From NCBI RefSeq assembly GCF_006345805.1, contig NW_021826523.1:1-12709 (forward strand): DNA of 12,709 nucleotides, in the 5' to 3' direction. The position numbers were made by a program, and so were the translations under genes. The notes below the pieces were generated by a model, which ran no database searches, had not been told where the DNA came from, and saw only the letters and a list, made by a program, of their open reading frames with translations. The stretch's first letter is position 1. Every line of letters begins with the position of its first letter. The DNA comes from Octopus sinensis (taxonomy: Eukaryota). Positions 11,294 through 12,709 of this stretch are shown one piece after another.

Positions 11294-11489
11294 TATATTC
11301 ATTTATTTGTGCATTATTGACTTATGTGTGTACGAGCAAAATGGACGTTGCTGAGTTGTCAAACATTTAAACCAAATTTTCTCAAAACAACTTGTCCGAC
11401 CGTCCCATAGGCCTCCTCCTTGAGAAACACTGATTTAACCTAAATTTGAGACACCAGCAAAAGAAGATATAAAGATATAGTTTTTTCTA

Positions 11490-11681
11490 TTCCAAAGAAA
11501 AACGATTTCCCACGGCTTTATCGATTGCATTCTCACCTGGAATCGATTTTTGCAATTTTTTCAAGACTTATACACGCCCTGATACCGTCTGTATGTACAT
11601 ATGAAATTTGAGCGCAATCAGATGGAGGATGCCCGAGATCCTAGAAGCCACACACACAGACAGAACAGATTTTATATGAGA
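11490..11681 (-). mobile_element. Probable non-autonomous Helitron 5' end fragment
   Basis: Minus strand A|TCTCATATAAAATCTGTTCTGTCTGTGTGTGTG...: TC start after A, TATAAAA, then a short CTGT/GT microsatellite, as in Lep1-type Helitrons. No 3' hairpin or CTRR found. Confidence 0.5.
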
Positions 11682-11924
11682 TAAACCTTCATCGTAGGAG
11701 ATAGAAACATGTCAAATTTATCTATTGCTCTATAGATTGAAAAAATAAAGGACAAACAGCCCTTATCGATTTTCACCTCTTGTGCGATCATCAGAGATGT
11801 CTCCATCACTTGACGGCTGCTCATTCTGTTTATGTACACATCATATCTATTAGCCTCAGAGAACTGGGGTTGCTGATTTGCATATTGTGTTTTCTAGAAT
11901 ATTTAATAAGAGATGCGAGAAAGC

Positions 11925-12090
11925 CTTAACGTGACTCTTGATCTGCATGAAATGGCAGCCAAATCTCCTTTAAATCATAACAACCCGGCTTAAAAATAGT
12001 CACAGTGGATAATGTGTACTGCGATTCCTTGCACAGAGGGGGGAAAAAGACAGGAGGGTCATAGATAGAACAGCTTTGATCATGCGGCTA
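11925..12090 (+). mobile_element. Old interspersed repeat fragment, family E, copy 1
   Basis: GATCTGCATGAAATGGCAGCCAAATCTCCTTTAAATCATAAC...CTTAAA...TAGAACAGCTTTGATCA aligns loosely with 12340-12548. Confidence 0.6.
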
Positions 12091-12339
12091 ATTAATGAAG
12101 TTTGAACAGGCGTTAAGAATAAGGCACTTCATGAAGAATTAACGAGGAGTGACTCTTCGTGGATGCTTGAAGTGTTAGATATAGCAGCCGAAACAATTTC
12201 GATCCTCATCCTATCATCAGTTTCAAAACCCTTTTGGGAGCAACTGTCCAGCGAGTGGATACTCAAATCGCTAGAAAAAGTAACGAAATGTTCTTCGATT
12301 CACACGTTTCTCTTTCTGAAGATACACAACGGGGCCACA

Positions 12340-12548
12340 TTGTGGATCTTTCAATCTGGCAGAAGTAACAGCCAAGACTCTCTCTAATCATAACACATTG
12401 GTCTTAAAGGATAAAAAATGAAGATTAGTAGATATATCTTCTGAGATACGGTGATACTAGCTGGAACATCTTTCAGCACAGGTCTGCTTCACGTATTTGA
12501 ACTAGAGCGAAGCAACGACGACGACAACAACAACAACAACAACAACAA
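12340..12548 (+). mobile_element. Old interspersed repeat (SINE-like 3' part with (CAA)n tail), family E, copy 2
   Basis: AATCTGGCAGAAGTAACAGCCAAGACTCTCTCTAATCATAAC...CTTAAA...CTGGAACATCTTTCAGCA, ending in (CGA)n(CAA)n at 12513-12548. Confidence 0.6.
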
Positions 12549-12709
12549 GTAATGTTTTATCTTCAAAATGACGGCCAAACTAATCAGCGCAAATTTGCCT
12601 ATATATGTCTACCATCACATGCTGTTAGCCTATAGACACACAGTCTGTCTCTATAAGCGGTTTATGCCTATACAAATGACCATCGATCACTGTCTTGCTA
12701 TAATCTATC

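Overview
AT-rich, repeat-dense, non-genic eukaryotic DNA with no credible intact protein-coding gene. Nearly all ORFs in the track are translations of microsatellites. The repeat families resemble those I recall from octopus (coleoid cephalopod) genomes; this is inference, not a search result. Contents: about ten tRNA-derived SINE copies or fragments from several families, including a tandem pair and a SINE nested inside another SINE's internal microsatellite; a frameshifted mariner transposase N-terminal relic (182-410); a 439-bp MITE with 30-bp TIRs, an 8-bp TSD and an internal (CCCTAA)7 telomeric tract (1769-2207); a ~2.1-kb non-autonomous hAT-like element with GTTAAC-rich subterminal arrays (9181-11293); probable Penelope-like remnants, including a variant minimal hammerhead-ribozyme fold (8939-8976); a 169-bp near-perfect palindrome (8457-8625); a probable Helitron 5' end; and many microsatellites.
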